DNA of 64,000 nucleotides. Origin: Phoronis australis (taxonomy: Eukaryota; Animalia; Phoronida). This document shows positions 52,834-64,000 of the stretch, piece by piece. A program made the translations under genes and the position numbers. How positions within the stretch are numbered: the first letter of the stretch is position 1; each line of letters starts with the position of its first letter. The notes below the pieces were generated by a model, which saw nothing but the letters and a program-made list of their open reading frames with translations, searched no databases and was not told the origin of the DNA. Where the stretch lies: assembly GCA_002633005.1 (NCBI GenBank), contig NMRA01000367.1:274762-338761 (forward strand). The letters are read 5' to 3'.

Positions 52834-55800
52834 AATACTACAGAAAGGCTGTGGAAACATCTCACAATTTATAAAGTTGAAAAAGCAGTAATTCGTTAGC
52901 GAAGGCAGAGTCAACATAACACACAAGCCTATAGTATCATTCTCTTCTCTTGGTTTATTGTCAAGTTAATTGAATTAATGTTGAGAAATGTTTATATAAT
53001 GTTCAGTGTATTCTGTTCTTTATTTTGTTCAGTGGATTTGATTACAGTGTATGGTGTTGGTAAGCACGCATGACCAATGAGTCCTGTCACACTTCACTTC
53101 AGCTAGTGCCATGATCAGTTGACCTGTTATAACCACTGCTCCAAACTTTGATGGACATGCACTGAGTCTTTCATATCGCTCACATGCTGTTCGTTAAAAA
53201 GTTTCATGAGCGCCCTCTGTTGAGTACAAAGCAACAAAAGGACGTTCACTAAAGCATGTTTTAACAGTGTGTGTCAAGAATACAGCTTGCTCTCCTAAAG
53301 CTTTCATAAACATTTTGTATTGATCAGTCCATCTTTGACAGCTTTTAAGTCATATCTTTATATTTGTGCTCTCAAATGCTGTATAGAGTTATAAACGAGT
53401 ATATTGAATTAAATTAATGATGATAGATTTTGTAAAAAATTTTATGTTGTAATACAAGTTGCTTCTATATTTAACAAAAGAGGTCCTTGTTTACTTTGTT
53501 CCATTAGTTCTCATTTTGGTCAAAAGGTGGCACTTGCTTTAATTTGACAATACCATGACTTAGTAGCTAAACCATAATGTGCTTTGATATGAGGAAATTA
53601 TTGACAGTATTTCACCACCACCCAAAGATAGCCCCAACAACATTGAAGTCTTCCGGCTAAATAACCATTCTCTCCAATGAAACATGAGTGTCCAGTCAGC
53701 TGTGTCTTGCAAATAGCATTAGTATGACCCAGTCAGGACTGTTATGCCCCTCAATCTAGTTTGTTCATTTATTCAACTCCACAGGGATGATGAAGTCTTC
53801 TGCTGTATTCCAGTCAACAATCTTAGCTCTGTCTCATGGTTGTGTGGAAACATCATTGCTAAATCTTACTGGTCTATTTACACCAACCATGTGGTAATTC
53901 CATTGGCACCTGCATATTTGAGCTGGTAATTTTTGTTGCCATGTTGCCATGTTCTGTCTTGTGTTCCTTTGAAAATGTTGTAAGAACACCTGAAGATGGA
54001 GAAATGACCGAGCAGAATATTATGCTTATGTAATAACACCACTAAAGAGCTTGGTGTAAATGGATTTTAGAAATGATGTTAGTTCTTAAGTGGTTTAGGA
54101 AGTCATACCTTTATGAAACGCTCAATGGTTAGATTTCGTGGTTAAATTATAAAAATATGTTTAATTTACTAGAGTCTAGAGGCATGCCAGGTCCTTCTAA
54201 AGGCTTAACACAGTATTATGTTGAAACTAAGCTGCTGATTAACATAACCATCATTTGTACATTTAATGTCAAACTAGACTAAGTTACAGTCAGCCAAGCG
54301 TCTATAGAATCAATAACTTGCATTGATATGAAGTTTAATCTTGATGCTACACTTAGTGAAATGACCCTGTAGAAGGCGCTACAATCACTTATGTAGAAAC
54401 AAGTGGGTGAAATTATTAGGCTTGGCAATTAATGATTTGAATGCTTTGGTCTAACACTGTGCATTTTGTCAGATGACTGGCATGGTTTGCTCCCCAGTGT
54501 CTTACTAAGCGCCCTCTGGTGTGGTACAGTTTGACTATGTGGGTGGGTGCCGCTCTTTAGTGTGTGTTTGTTGGCTTTGTTAAGTGAGGGACAAATGGTG
54601 TTAATGTTGGCTTTGTTAAGTGAAAGCCAAATGATGTTAACGTTGGGTTAAAATGTTTCCATGTCTTGTTCTGTTTGTGGATATGATCATGTGCATCAAG
54701 GGTGTGTTGGGGAGGAGAGGAACTAACTCAAGGGATGGGGCGTGGGGGTGGGGTGGGGGTGGGGTGGGAACTAACTCAAGGGATGGGACGTGGGGTGGAC
54801 CAAAATGAAATTAAGACTTTGACCTCTTCAAGTATATGGTGGCGCACCCTGCTGTGTTGCAGTTTTGTCGGATGCTTCTCCATCATAAGGTGCAGATATA
54901 GGAAAATCAACGTGCTGTCTTTCACTCTCCACAGAATTAAGAACAAATGCGACTGTGTAAATGTTAAAGTGATTATATATTTAAGTGTATTGTCTGAGCT
55001 AATGAGTTCAGACAGTTGGCTTATTACAACAGACTGTTGGGCTCTCTAAAATGGGAGATTAAATTAGAAACAGTCATGATGTGAACGTACACTTTCAAGA
55101 ACTCATTGTTTTTTCTCAAACTCCTTTATTGGGTGCAAATTGTGAACTACAGAATAAGTACTTGAGGCAGGTTAGTCACTGCTATAATTATTCAAGTCCT
55201 GTCATGAATTAAGGAGATCAGTTTGAGAGTTGTCAATGACCAATAAACAAGAGTAATTCATCACAAACTTAGCAGTCACCCTTCTTTTTTTTGCCTGGTT
55301 GACTCCAGCCCTTCCCTGGTGACCCAGTGACAAACCCTCTTGCCAATTTTGAACCTTTGTTATCCTCTGTCACACTTTGTCACCTGTCCTCTATACCAGC
55401 CCTCCCCCTGGTGGCACTGTGACTGACCCGTAAGTTATCTTAATGGATTTTCACTTTGTCACCTTATGTCCTTATGTGGCCATTCAATATAAAAACACAA
55501 TAAAGGAAGGAAATAGTTGGTGTAAAACAGGCCAGCATTAATATGTCAGTCACATGTGATGAGGTGAGCAGCCACTATGTGGCGCTATCAACATACAGCT
55601 TTAGTTGAAGCAACAACTTGGTACATGTGTCATCAATTCACATATTTAAATCTTTTAGTTTTGAAAAAGTATGAGGTGTTTTAGTTATGACCTCAAATAC
55701 TTTGTCTATATTAATATAAGTCTCATTTCCAAATAATCATGCAAATCTATTAAATTTTTATTAAATAAAATATTATATTTTTATCAGTCATATTAAGTGT

Positions 55801-58417
55801 GCTTACAGGAGTTCTCATTTAATTTTGCAGAATATGTTTTGTTTAGAAATAACAAAGCAGATAGTGTGTGAGTCAGAGAGAGACACCGGACACTCATGGG
55901 AGAATGGCCGTTCACCGTTCATTCACACCACAAGTGCCTGGCTTTGATTACTACTGGCTGGTGTAGCTTAGGATTCAATGAACAACAAAGCACTTTTGTA
56001 GAGTTCTAAAAATATAAAAAAATCATTAAAATGACCTAAACTACCTGCAGCTGTTACAGTGAAGTCTGAGGACCCTCATACTCTAGTCTGATAAACTGTT
56101 CAATTCTTGTCTTAAATTGTCAACCTTCATTCAATCAAATCTTGATTGTTGTCACTTCTACTTTAAATAACCCTTAGTTAAGGCCATGGCTCTCCAATTG
56201 TGCACATATGATGCTAGCAGCAGAGTAGCCACGTATTTCATTGAAGCACGATGTTCTTGACAGACACACTCGCATGTCATGTAGTAATCCTTCACAGTGT
56301 TCAGTTTGAACAGTGGATTTTTCCACACATTTCACTGTTTGTGGAAAACAATTTTTCCGAATCCATCCATAGTGGGAATTGGTACAGACGTCCTACTGAC
56401 TTCCTACTCTCTCTGGCCACATATGATGGCCCCCTCCCCCCCTCTGTCTCTGACCATAGGGTACCCCGGTGGGATACCAGCTGTTGTCAAACTCCATCAA
56501 ATGCACTATCCTTCAGTGAAAATTGATCAAATTAGGAAGGAAATAAATTATATAACTGATCATTTTTATACTAGATTTTTTAATTGTTGAATGGTGAGTC
56601 ACCCTCACTAGCCTCATTATCCCCTATCTTAGTTGTCTCAACTTGTTGTTGCCAGAGCTCAGTTACATAACACAGAGACAACTCAGTCTGACGGTCATCT
56701 GTTGCTATGGTAACAGATTTAATCTGACCATCTGTGGTGAATGCTATGTCCATACAGGGGACTGATGATCAGGAATCAGTTTAAGTATACTGGTCACACA
56801 GAGCGTCTGAGTAAACGTTTGTTGTGTTAATGGTGGCATGCTAGCTTTCATTCACTGTGGAGGGTGGGGGGGAGGGGGGGGCGGGGGAAATGGGGTGGAG
56901 AAGGAAGCATAGATCCAGAGGAAGCTCAATCTGATTGGTTGACTCAGGAGGGAAATGTGGATCTGAGGAAACCACATATGTTAAGCAGGAAACGGTCATC
57001 AACTTAATTAATTGGCCAGTTTAGTGTTTAATAATAAGATTGTTTGGTCAGACAGAAGGTCAAGGAATGGCCATGTTATATCCTGAGTAGAGTGTTGTGG
57101 CTCATATGGTTGAAAAGTTATGTTTGTCTACTTAACAGTCACTTGTCATATTTGGGTATCATTTAGCCTCGCTTTTGGGCCATAAAGTTTAACAAACAAG
57201 AGACGAAATTAAAAAAGAAATGGTATTTTCCTTTGGTTGGTCCTTGATACACATTTGGGTGATGAATTGTGAATCTGTTGTATGGTTAGTTCATATCTAT
57301 TATATATATCTATATATATAGATACCTAACATTAATTATTTTTATTAGTAGTGTTAATTTGTGAAAGTTGTCTGAAATAATCCTAGTATTTTTCAGGCTA
57401 ATTTTTACTTAGCAAAATCTTTGTGTATGGACACTTACTTGAGTTCTATGAAATTTTACAAGATTAGTAGTGGTGAAAATTATTCATGAGTTCAGGTTTG
57501 ATTACTTATATAAATTTCCAAGTCATTCTGGTCTTGAACAATTACAAGCAGATCAGATCAGTGTTATCTGATGAGAGTATCCTCAAGGCCATCCAAAAGC
57601 GGGGGGGGGGGGGNCCTGGGGTTCTCAGTCACACAGGGACATTGATGGACATTATGCCTGTGGAGATTCCTGCGAAATCTGTAGGATTTTGAAATACATG
57701 TTAACACTGCTGGTAGTTCATCAATGTAGTACAGCATTCCCAGACACCTGAAGTTTTATTTTGTCAAATTTCTCGAAACTAATGACCCAGAAACGTTTGC
57801 TTGTGTGATAGAATTGCAGTATGCAGTTGTTATATGATAACATTTGGTAGAAATTGAATTGAAACTAAGTTGTCCACCTTGCTAAGTTGAAAAGCAACTA
57901 TTAAACAATTCATTTTAGTGTGAGACAAGTGACATTATCCTAACTCAAGTCCAGCATACCAGCATAAATACACAAGACATTTATTGTTTCTCAGTTGTCT
58001 AAGGAATTTCAGCTTCTATAAGTCTGTGGTGTTTTGTTCATTTACATATTGATATCAAGATATTAATCATATTACTGACTCATGACTTATTGATTTTATG
58101 AAATCTCTGCTCTTGGCAAGTACTCACATGCAAATCCGTGTGGTGTTGTGTTGCCACTTGGCATTCATACACATCTGTGTGGTGCTATGCTGGGCGACCC
58201 GATACTAGAGATTCATCCAACATTGGGGCGAATTAAAATATTTGAAATCAAAGTCAAACCTCTTAATGAACATCCTGAGATATGTTAAATGTGTCCAGAA
58301 AGTCGCATCTTCCATCTCAAACACCTAATTTTCGATTTAGACCACTAAACCTTGTGCATTAATGATCTCAAAATTTTCCTTCGTCTAATTTGATAATGAC
58401 TGACAGTTCATTAATGA

Positions 58418-58835
58418 AGCTCAACAACATTGGCTGTTACTGTTGGTCAAGCTTAACAACATTGACTGTTACTGTTGGTCAAGCTTAACAACATCGACTG
58501 TTACTGTTGGTCAAGCTTAACAACATCGACTGTTACTGTTGGTCAGGCTTAACAACATTGACTGTTACTGTTGGTCAAGCTTAACAACATTGACTGTTAC
58601 TGTTGGTCAGGCTTAACAACATTGACTGTTGCTGTTGGTTAAGCTTAACAACATTGACTGTTGCTGTTGGTCATGCTTAACAACATTGACTGTTACTGTT
58701 GGTCAGGCTTAACAACATTGACTGTTGCTGTTGGTCAGTCTTAACAACATTGGCTGTTGCTGTTGGTCAGGCTTAACAACATCGACTGTTACTGTTGGTC
58801 AGGCTTAACAACATTGACTGTTACTGTTGGTCAGT
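58418..58835. repeat. 32-bp minisatellite, ~13 copies
   Basis: Unit gcttaacaacattgactgttactgttggtcar. Confidence 0.95.
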
Positions 58836-61286
58836 CAATGTGTTGAGCAATAATGAACTGTCAGTGCTTTCTAAATTGAAAAATTGCTTTTCATTCTCAG
58901 AGTAAGGAATTTTTGACTTAGTGGTAAATGGTCAAATGATAGGTTTGCAGACAAAATATGGTGTTAAGGTCAACATTTGAAGTTGTAACTCAGTTTATTC
59001 ATTCCAAACTCAACATGTTTTCAAAATTTTCTAAGCTTGCCAAAAATCCACAGGTTACACGAATACTTGAATACAGAATCCTAAATGTGCGAGTATGTCA
59101 GAAATAGATTGTCAGGTCAACCATTAGGTGATGGTTGGATGACTGTGGTGGCGCAGGAAGGCTATAGTGTGGGTTGGTAGGCCTGCTCTGATGTGATGTC
59201 TGCCTGTTGAAGGCAGCACACATCACTTGACAAATGAACATTACACACTCACTGCATCAGTAAACTGACTGATTGATGCTAACATCCCAACATATCAAAG
59301 TTTTGCCTTTGTATGTCGAACAATGAGGTTAAAGTTATTACTTGTTTTTTACAGCATTCTGACACTCATATGATAGCTGTGTTGAGCTTACAAAATAAAA
59401 GTTTTTCATATTAAGTGAGGGTGATTGGTGGAGGTTTCAAGTTTACCAGCCACATTTTGCAGTTGAACTGTTGCCTGTTTTTGATGCTGTTCCTCTGCAT
59501 GGTTAAAGGCTCTGTTCACAATGCATTCCATATCCTCTTTGTTTGTTCAAGACCATTTGACCTTTCAGGCCAGACATGTTTAGGTGTATCAAAACATGAA
59601 GGCAAGTCACATCACATCATGTGGCTATACTGTGGTATTTTGGGACTACACTGCCATGGTCAACATGTTTTTCCTGTTAACAAGGCACAGCAGACATTAT
59701 GATGGGTTGGCATTTTATCACCACCTCCAGTCTTATTGTCAATTTCATTTGGATTTCTAATCTCTTGTCAACAATAATGTTAAAGTCTTGCTAATACAAA
59801 AGTCTCCCTGTTGGTCATGTGTTAAAACACTGTTGTGTTTTTACTGATCATCAGTACCAACTAGTTTTGATATATTGGTTTCTTTTTATACTATATATAA
59901 TAAGTAGCAGGTTACTTTTTAGTATGATCTTTTTGAGAAAAAAGAACAAAAATATTATGCAATTTATCTTTTAAGTTGTCTCAAAAGACCACTAGCGGGT
60001 TTCTGAATTGAGTTGGTGAAGTATTGTATAAAATTTCAGTCTCTGCTTAACCAAGTAAAAAACCAGCAAGAGGTTTCCACACCTAATGCCAATTTTCATT
60101 GTGTGTATAGTGATGGGTGTGTATAGTGATGGGTGTGTATAGTGATAGGTAATCAAGAGAAGTAGAACAAAAATCCACCTTACTTTTTATCTTGCAGAAA
60201 GTATTTTGTACCCTAGCTCCCCATGATTATCAACAGTTCGACATTACATGATATCTTGACTCATTAAATCAGCATGCTAGAACTATCAATTATGTATGGC
60301 AGCACAATAATAACCTTGTTTAGGTTACTCCATCAAAGCATGGTGTATCATTACACGTTAATAAGTCCAGGTATCCACTGAGGTGCATCACCTGAGCCTC
60401 AGACAGATTGGAAGATTACAAAACACCTTTTTGGATGTTAATAAGTACAGATAGGCCAGGCAGCAAACTAGAACTGATTTGTTGGGAGTCTTCTTTAACA
60501 ATTGAACACACTCACTATGTGAGCCAAATTAAAGATAATGGCAACTGTCTTTTTTCATTAAATTATGATTTTCTAGTTTTCGTAGAAAAGTTTTTCAAGT
60601 GGATTATACTCTCTGGGCTCTCATACTTATGCAAGCATCACTTTGGGAGACATTCATGGCCATGAATAGTCCACCCCTGCTTTGTTTGTGTGAAGATTCA
60701 CTGTGGACATCTGCTGATACTATTTTCCAAAAATTGACATAATTATTTGCCTTTGTTGAGTATTTTTGGACAATCCTAGATTAAACTAGATCTCATTTCA
60801 GTGCGATTTGTCATTGATTTGCTCTGGGATATGAAATGTCTGGAAATGGCAACCACAAAAGTGCGAATCATATACATGATGGTTGGTGGCCCAGGACAGT
60901 TTGATGTATCCACATGCACAGGTGGCACCAACTTTCTGACCTTGAGTCACTACAGAGGCAGCAACTCATGACGCCTCAAGATTAAAAAGAAGAATTCATT
61001 GTAGGTGGTGACAAAGCAAAGAAGAGAAATTCCAACTGTATGGTATCTTGTCATCCACTAGAAATTGGTGAAATGGAAAATTCTCCTGCAGTGTTTTAGA
61101 GCTTATGGACCTTTTATCCCAGTACACTACAACATATTCAAGCACAATGCATAAGACTCGGAAAAATACAAACAATGTTGTCACAATCCAACAGACACAA
61201 TGATGTCAAAACACTGTCTGAAACAAAGCTCACAGAAAATATTGAAACTCATAGTGTTTACAAAACTCACTCATCAACAGACAAGA

Positions 61287-61645
61287 AGTCGTCATCAGAG
61301 AGAGTCATCACCAGAGGGAGTCATCATCAGAGAGTCATCACCAGAGAGAGTCATCATCAGAGAGAGTCATCATCAGAGAGTCATCATCAGAGAGTCATCA
61401 TCAGAGAGAGTCATCACCAGAGGGAGTCATCACCAGAGGGAGTCATCACCTATAGGGAGTCGCCAGAGGGAGTCGTCACCAGAGGGAGTCATCACCAGAG
61501 GGAGTCATCACTAGAGGGAGTTCTCACTAGAGGGCGTTATCACCAGAGGGAGTCGTCACCAGAGGGAGTTGTCACCAGAAGGAGTCATCAGTAGAGGGAG
61601 TCGCCATCAGAGGGAGTCGTCATGAGAGAGTCATCACCAGAGGGA
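61287..61645. repeat. 14-16-bp minisatellite
   Basis: Unit gagtcatcaycagag(g/a)g and length variants. Confidence 0.95.
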
Positions 61646-62051
61646 ATTATGATCAGACAGGTTACTGTACAAAAGATTTTCCTCCCACGATTCCCCTCAG
61701 TAAAATCCGGCAAAGTCAGTTTTTAACATGAGCCAGCTAAACCATAGAGGAAGTTCACAGGGTGATACAGTATCCTTCCCAACAGAAAAAAGTTGACATG
61801 TACGGGCAATCAGTCACCGGCATGGCTATGTCTGTCGGTTTAGTTTTCAAATTCACCATAATCATCTCCGGGATGGCAGGGAATAATTTGTGTCAAACAC
61901 GTCAGTTCCAGAGTGATACATACATAAATTAGCTGGAACCCACGGGGGGGGGGGGAATTTCATTAACTTCGAAATTTATCTTGCATAACCAAAAAGTTTG
62001 TGATTTATCCAAACATGACACTTGTCTTCCCTTTTAAACTCTCTTCACCAA

Positions 62052-62191
62052 TGGCACATTGACTTATCCAGCTCAAATGTCACCAGTGGCCACTACATGG
62101 TATCTGTCCCTGTGTATATAGTGGCACATTGACTTATCCAGCTCAAATGTCACCAGTGGCCACTACATGGTATCTGTCCCTGTGTATATAG
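62052..62191. repeat. 70-bp perfect tandem duplication
   Basis: tggcacattgacttatccagctc...ctgtgtatatag occurs twice. Confidence 0.9.
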
Positions 62192-63142
62192 GGGCTCACC
62201 AATGATCTCCATACTGTCTGTCCCATGGAAGCCAACTCCTTCATTTTTTACGGATGTTTACATCCACACTCATAGCTGCTGATTCTGCTCCAGTGAACTT
62301 GATAAACACTAGTCACAGTCCTCTCAGGGTTTCAAGTGATTAAGTTTCCTGCTTGTCAAACAACTAAATGTTGGTCTTAATTTTAATGTTAATGCTTCTC
62401 TTTTTGTTGAGACCATCTCAACCATAGTTGTGGTTTCCATGGACTATAAGGACTATAATGTCTTGGTTGGAGCTGGCATGAAAACTGAGATAACTGACGG
62501 TTGCAAATGTTGCTGGGCTGGGATACAGTTTAAAATATATAAACGAAATTAAGAGGAAAATATGTTTTTGAAGTTGGGTTAAATAGTTTTGTTTCAATTA
62601 AACCAGAGTCACTTTTTGTTTACAGAAATTAGACCAGCATCAATTAAATGTCTTTGTTTTTTATACATTTATTGCCCAGGCAATATCACAAAGCCAGTCT
62701 GAGGTATCCTTGTGATATACTTGGCTCACTGAATATCCTTGTAATATAGGCTCATAAAATATCCTTGTGATATACTAGGCTCACTTTAGAGGCAAAACTA
62801 GCTTTTATCCACCATGTGCAGGAAGGTTGTCTTTATCTAATTACATAAACTGTTGGTGTGCGTGCCAACTGTTGGCTGGTATTTGTGGGTTTGTTTACAA
62901 TAGATCACATTTTCCTATCATTATCAACAGTATTACAGGGGACTGCTCTGATGAATTGCTCATTAACTGTCACTAATAGCTTGTGTGAGTGGGCCCAGCT
63001 CACCCTTGCACATCAGGTTGGCTGATTAAAGTGTAGTTTACACTTTTAGAAGTTGACATGGATCAGCTGACAGTTGTTCCAGGGTGTAAAGGGGACTAAT
63101 ATGGAGCAAATTGACACGGTGGTAACAAATTTTGACACTGTT

Positions 63143-63240
63143 TGATAGGTAGAGCAATTTGCACTGGGACATCTTGATAGGTAGAGCAATTTGCACTGGG
63201 ACATCTTGATAGGTAGAGCAATTTGCACTGGGACATCTTG
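63143..63240. repeat. 32-bp minisatellite, 3 copies
   Basis: Unit tgataggtagagcaatttgcactgggacatct. Confidence 0.95.
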
Positions 63241-64000
63241 CTCTATGTCAATTATATGTCTGAATGAGTAAGGCGGAAAGGATCATCTCTACTACGCTTG
63301 CCTTAGTTTCTGCAACTCTCGTCATTTGTAAAGCTGCGCATGTGCGATCCAGTCTCTCTGGCCTGCAATTTCTGTCTAGCCACAGTTAATGAGTTGCGTG
63401 TGTAAACGGCCGCTTGACTCAGGTCAATTTTCTCCGTGTCAGTTGCGCTGGGACAAAAGTTGATGTCTAAACGAGACTCAAGATGTAGAACATCAGGAAC
63501 TTTTGTCTTGAACAATCATCAGCAGCCAGTTGTCATGGTGACCCATGTACTGGTGTGTCACCCTGCTCCAATGTCAAGCGCCTCCAATACAATACGATTA
63601 TCGAGAGTCAAAATTCAAAATTCCATGTTTTTTTCAGCTATGAACTCTGCTGGTGGAGTGAAAGTAGTTCTAATTCATCTTTTTTCGTCTATTCCAGTAG
63701 CTTGTTCTGAGTATTAGGATGAAGTCATGAATTAATCATTTTGTTTTAATCGCCTTATGATTGCTCACCATTCATGACAAGAGTTTTATTTGCTGTACTT
63801 AACCAACCAAATGTACATGCTTGATGCATTGAAATGTTCCAAACACTGTTTTATACCAGTGTACACTTAAATAGTCACTGGTGCAACTTTGTGGACAATG
63901 TCAGGCTGTGAAAGTGTGGAGGAGTGAAGGCTCGTAAAGGCAACAAAATAATGCATTAAGTTAAAACAGCGATTAGTCTTTGTTTTTGTTTAGTTACAAT

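Noticed and set aside
56460-56590. Possible next LAR exon (acceptor ccatag, phase-1 reading GYPGGIPAVV...)
   Set aside because: Only superficially like the Ig1-Ig2 linker PxGFP. It has no Ig B-strand Cys or Trp, and a stop precedes the next good donor.
61175-61594. 139-aa and 104-aa ORFs rich in Ser/His/Arg/Glu
   Set aside because: They translate a 14-16-bp minisatellite whose unit lengths shift frame, so coding function is unlikely.
63270-63717. CpG-rich segment with 70-93-aa ORFs (similar patch at 30320-30660)
   Set aside because: No recognisable protein motif, TIR or TSD. Likely TE remnants, but not supportable as a specific feature.

Overview
Eukaryotic (invertebrate metazoan, probably bilaterian) genomic DNA from a draft, heterozygous assembly: AT-rich, CpG-poor, with two long N gaps and several single-n joins. 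Almost the whole window is intronic or non-coding. The only convincing protein-coding signal is the 5' end of a + strand LAR-type (type IIa, PTPRF/PTPRD/PTPRS/Dlar-like) receptor tyrosine phosphatase gene. It comprises a signal-peptide exon (26960-27035), a 22.8-kb intron and two exons (49836-49916, 51108-51335) that splice in phase 1 to give a complete Ig1 domain; the gene continues beyond the window. The rest consists of non-autonomous DNA transposons (hAT-like, pogo/Tigger-like, hairpin-bearing elements), many minisatellites and at least six false tandem duplications that appear to be the two haplotypes placed side by side. The most unusual signal is a dispersed Helentron/HINE-like element family whose ~140-bp internal units mostly end in a same-orientation CTCF-like motif. 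In one copy the motif is amplified from 1 to 3 units between the apparent haplotypes. None of the listed ORFs except 51077-51346 looks like real coding sequence. All calls were made by eye, without database searches.
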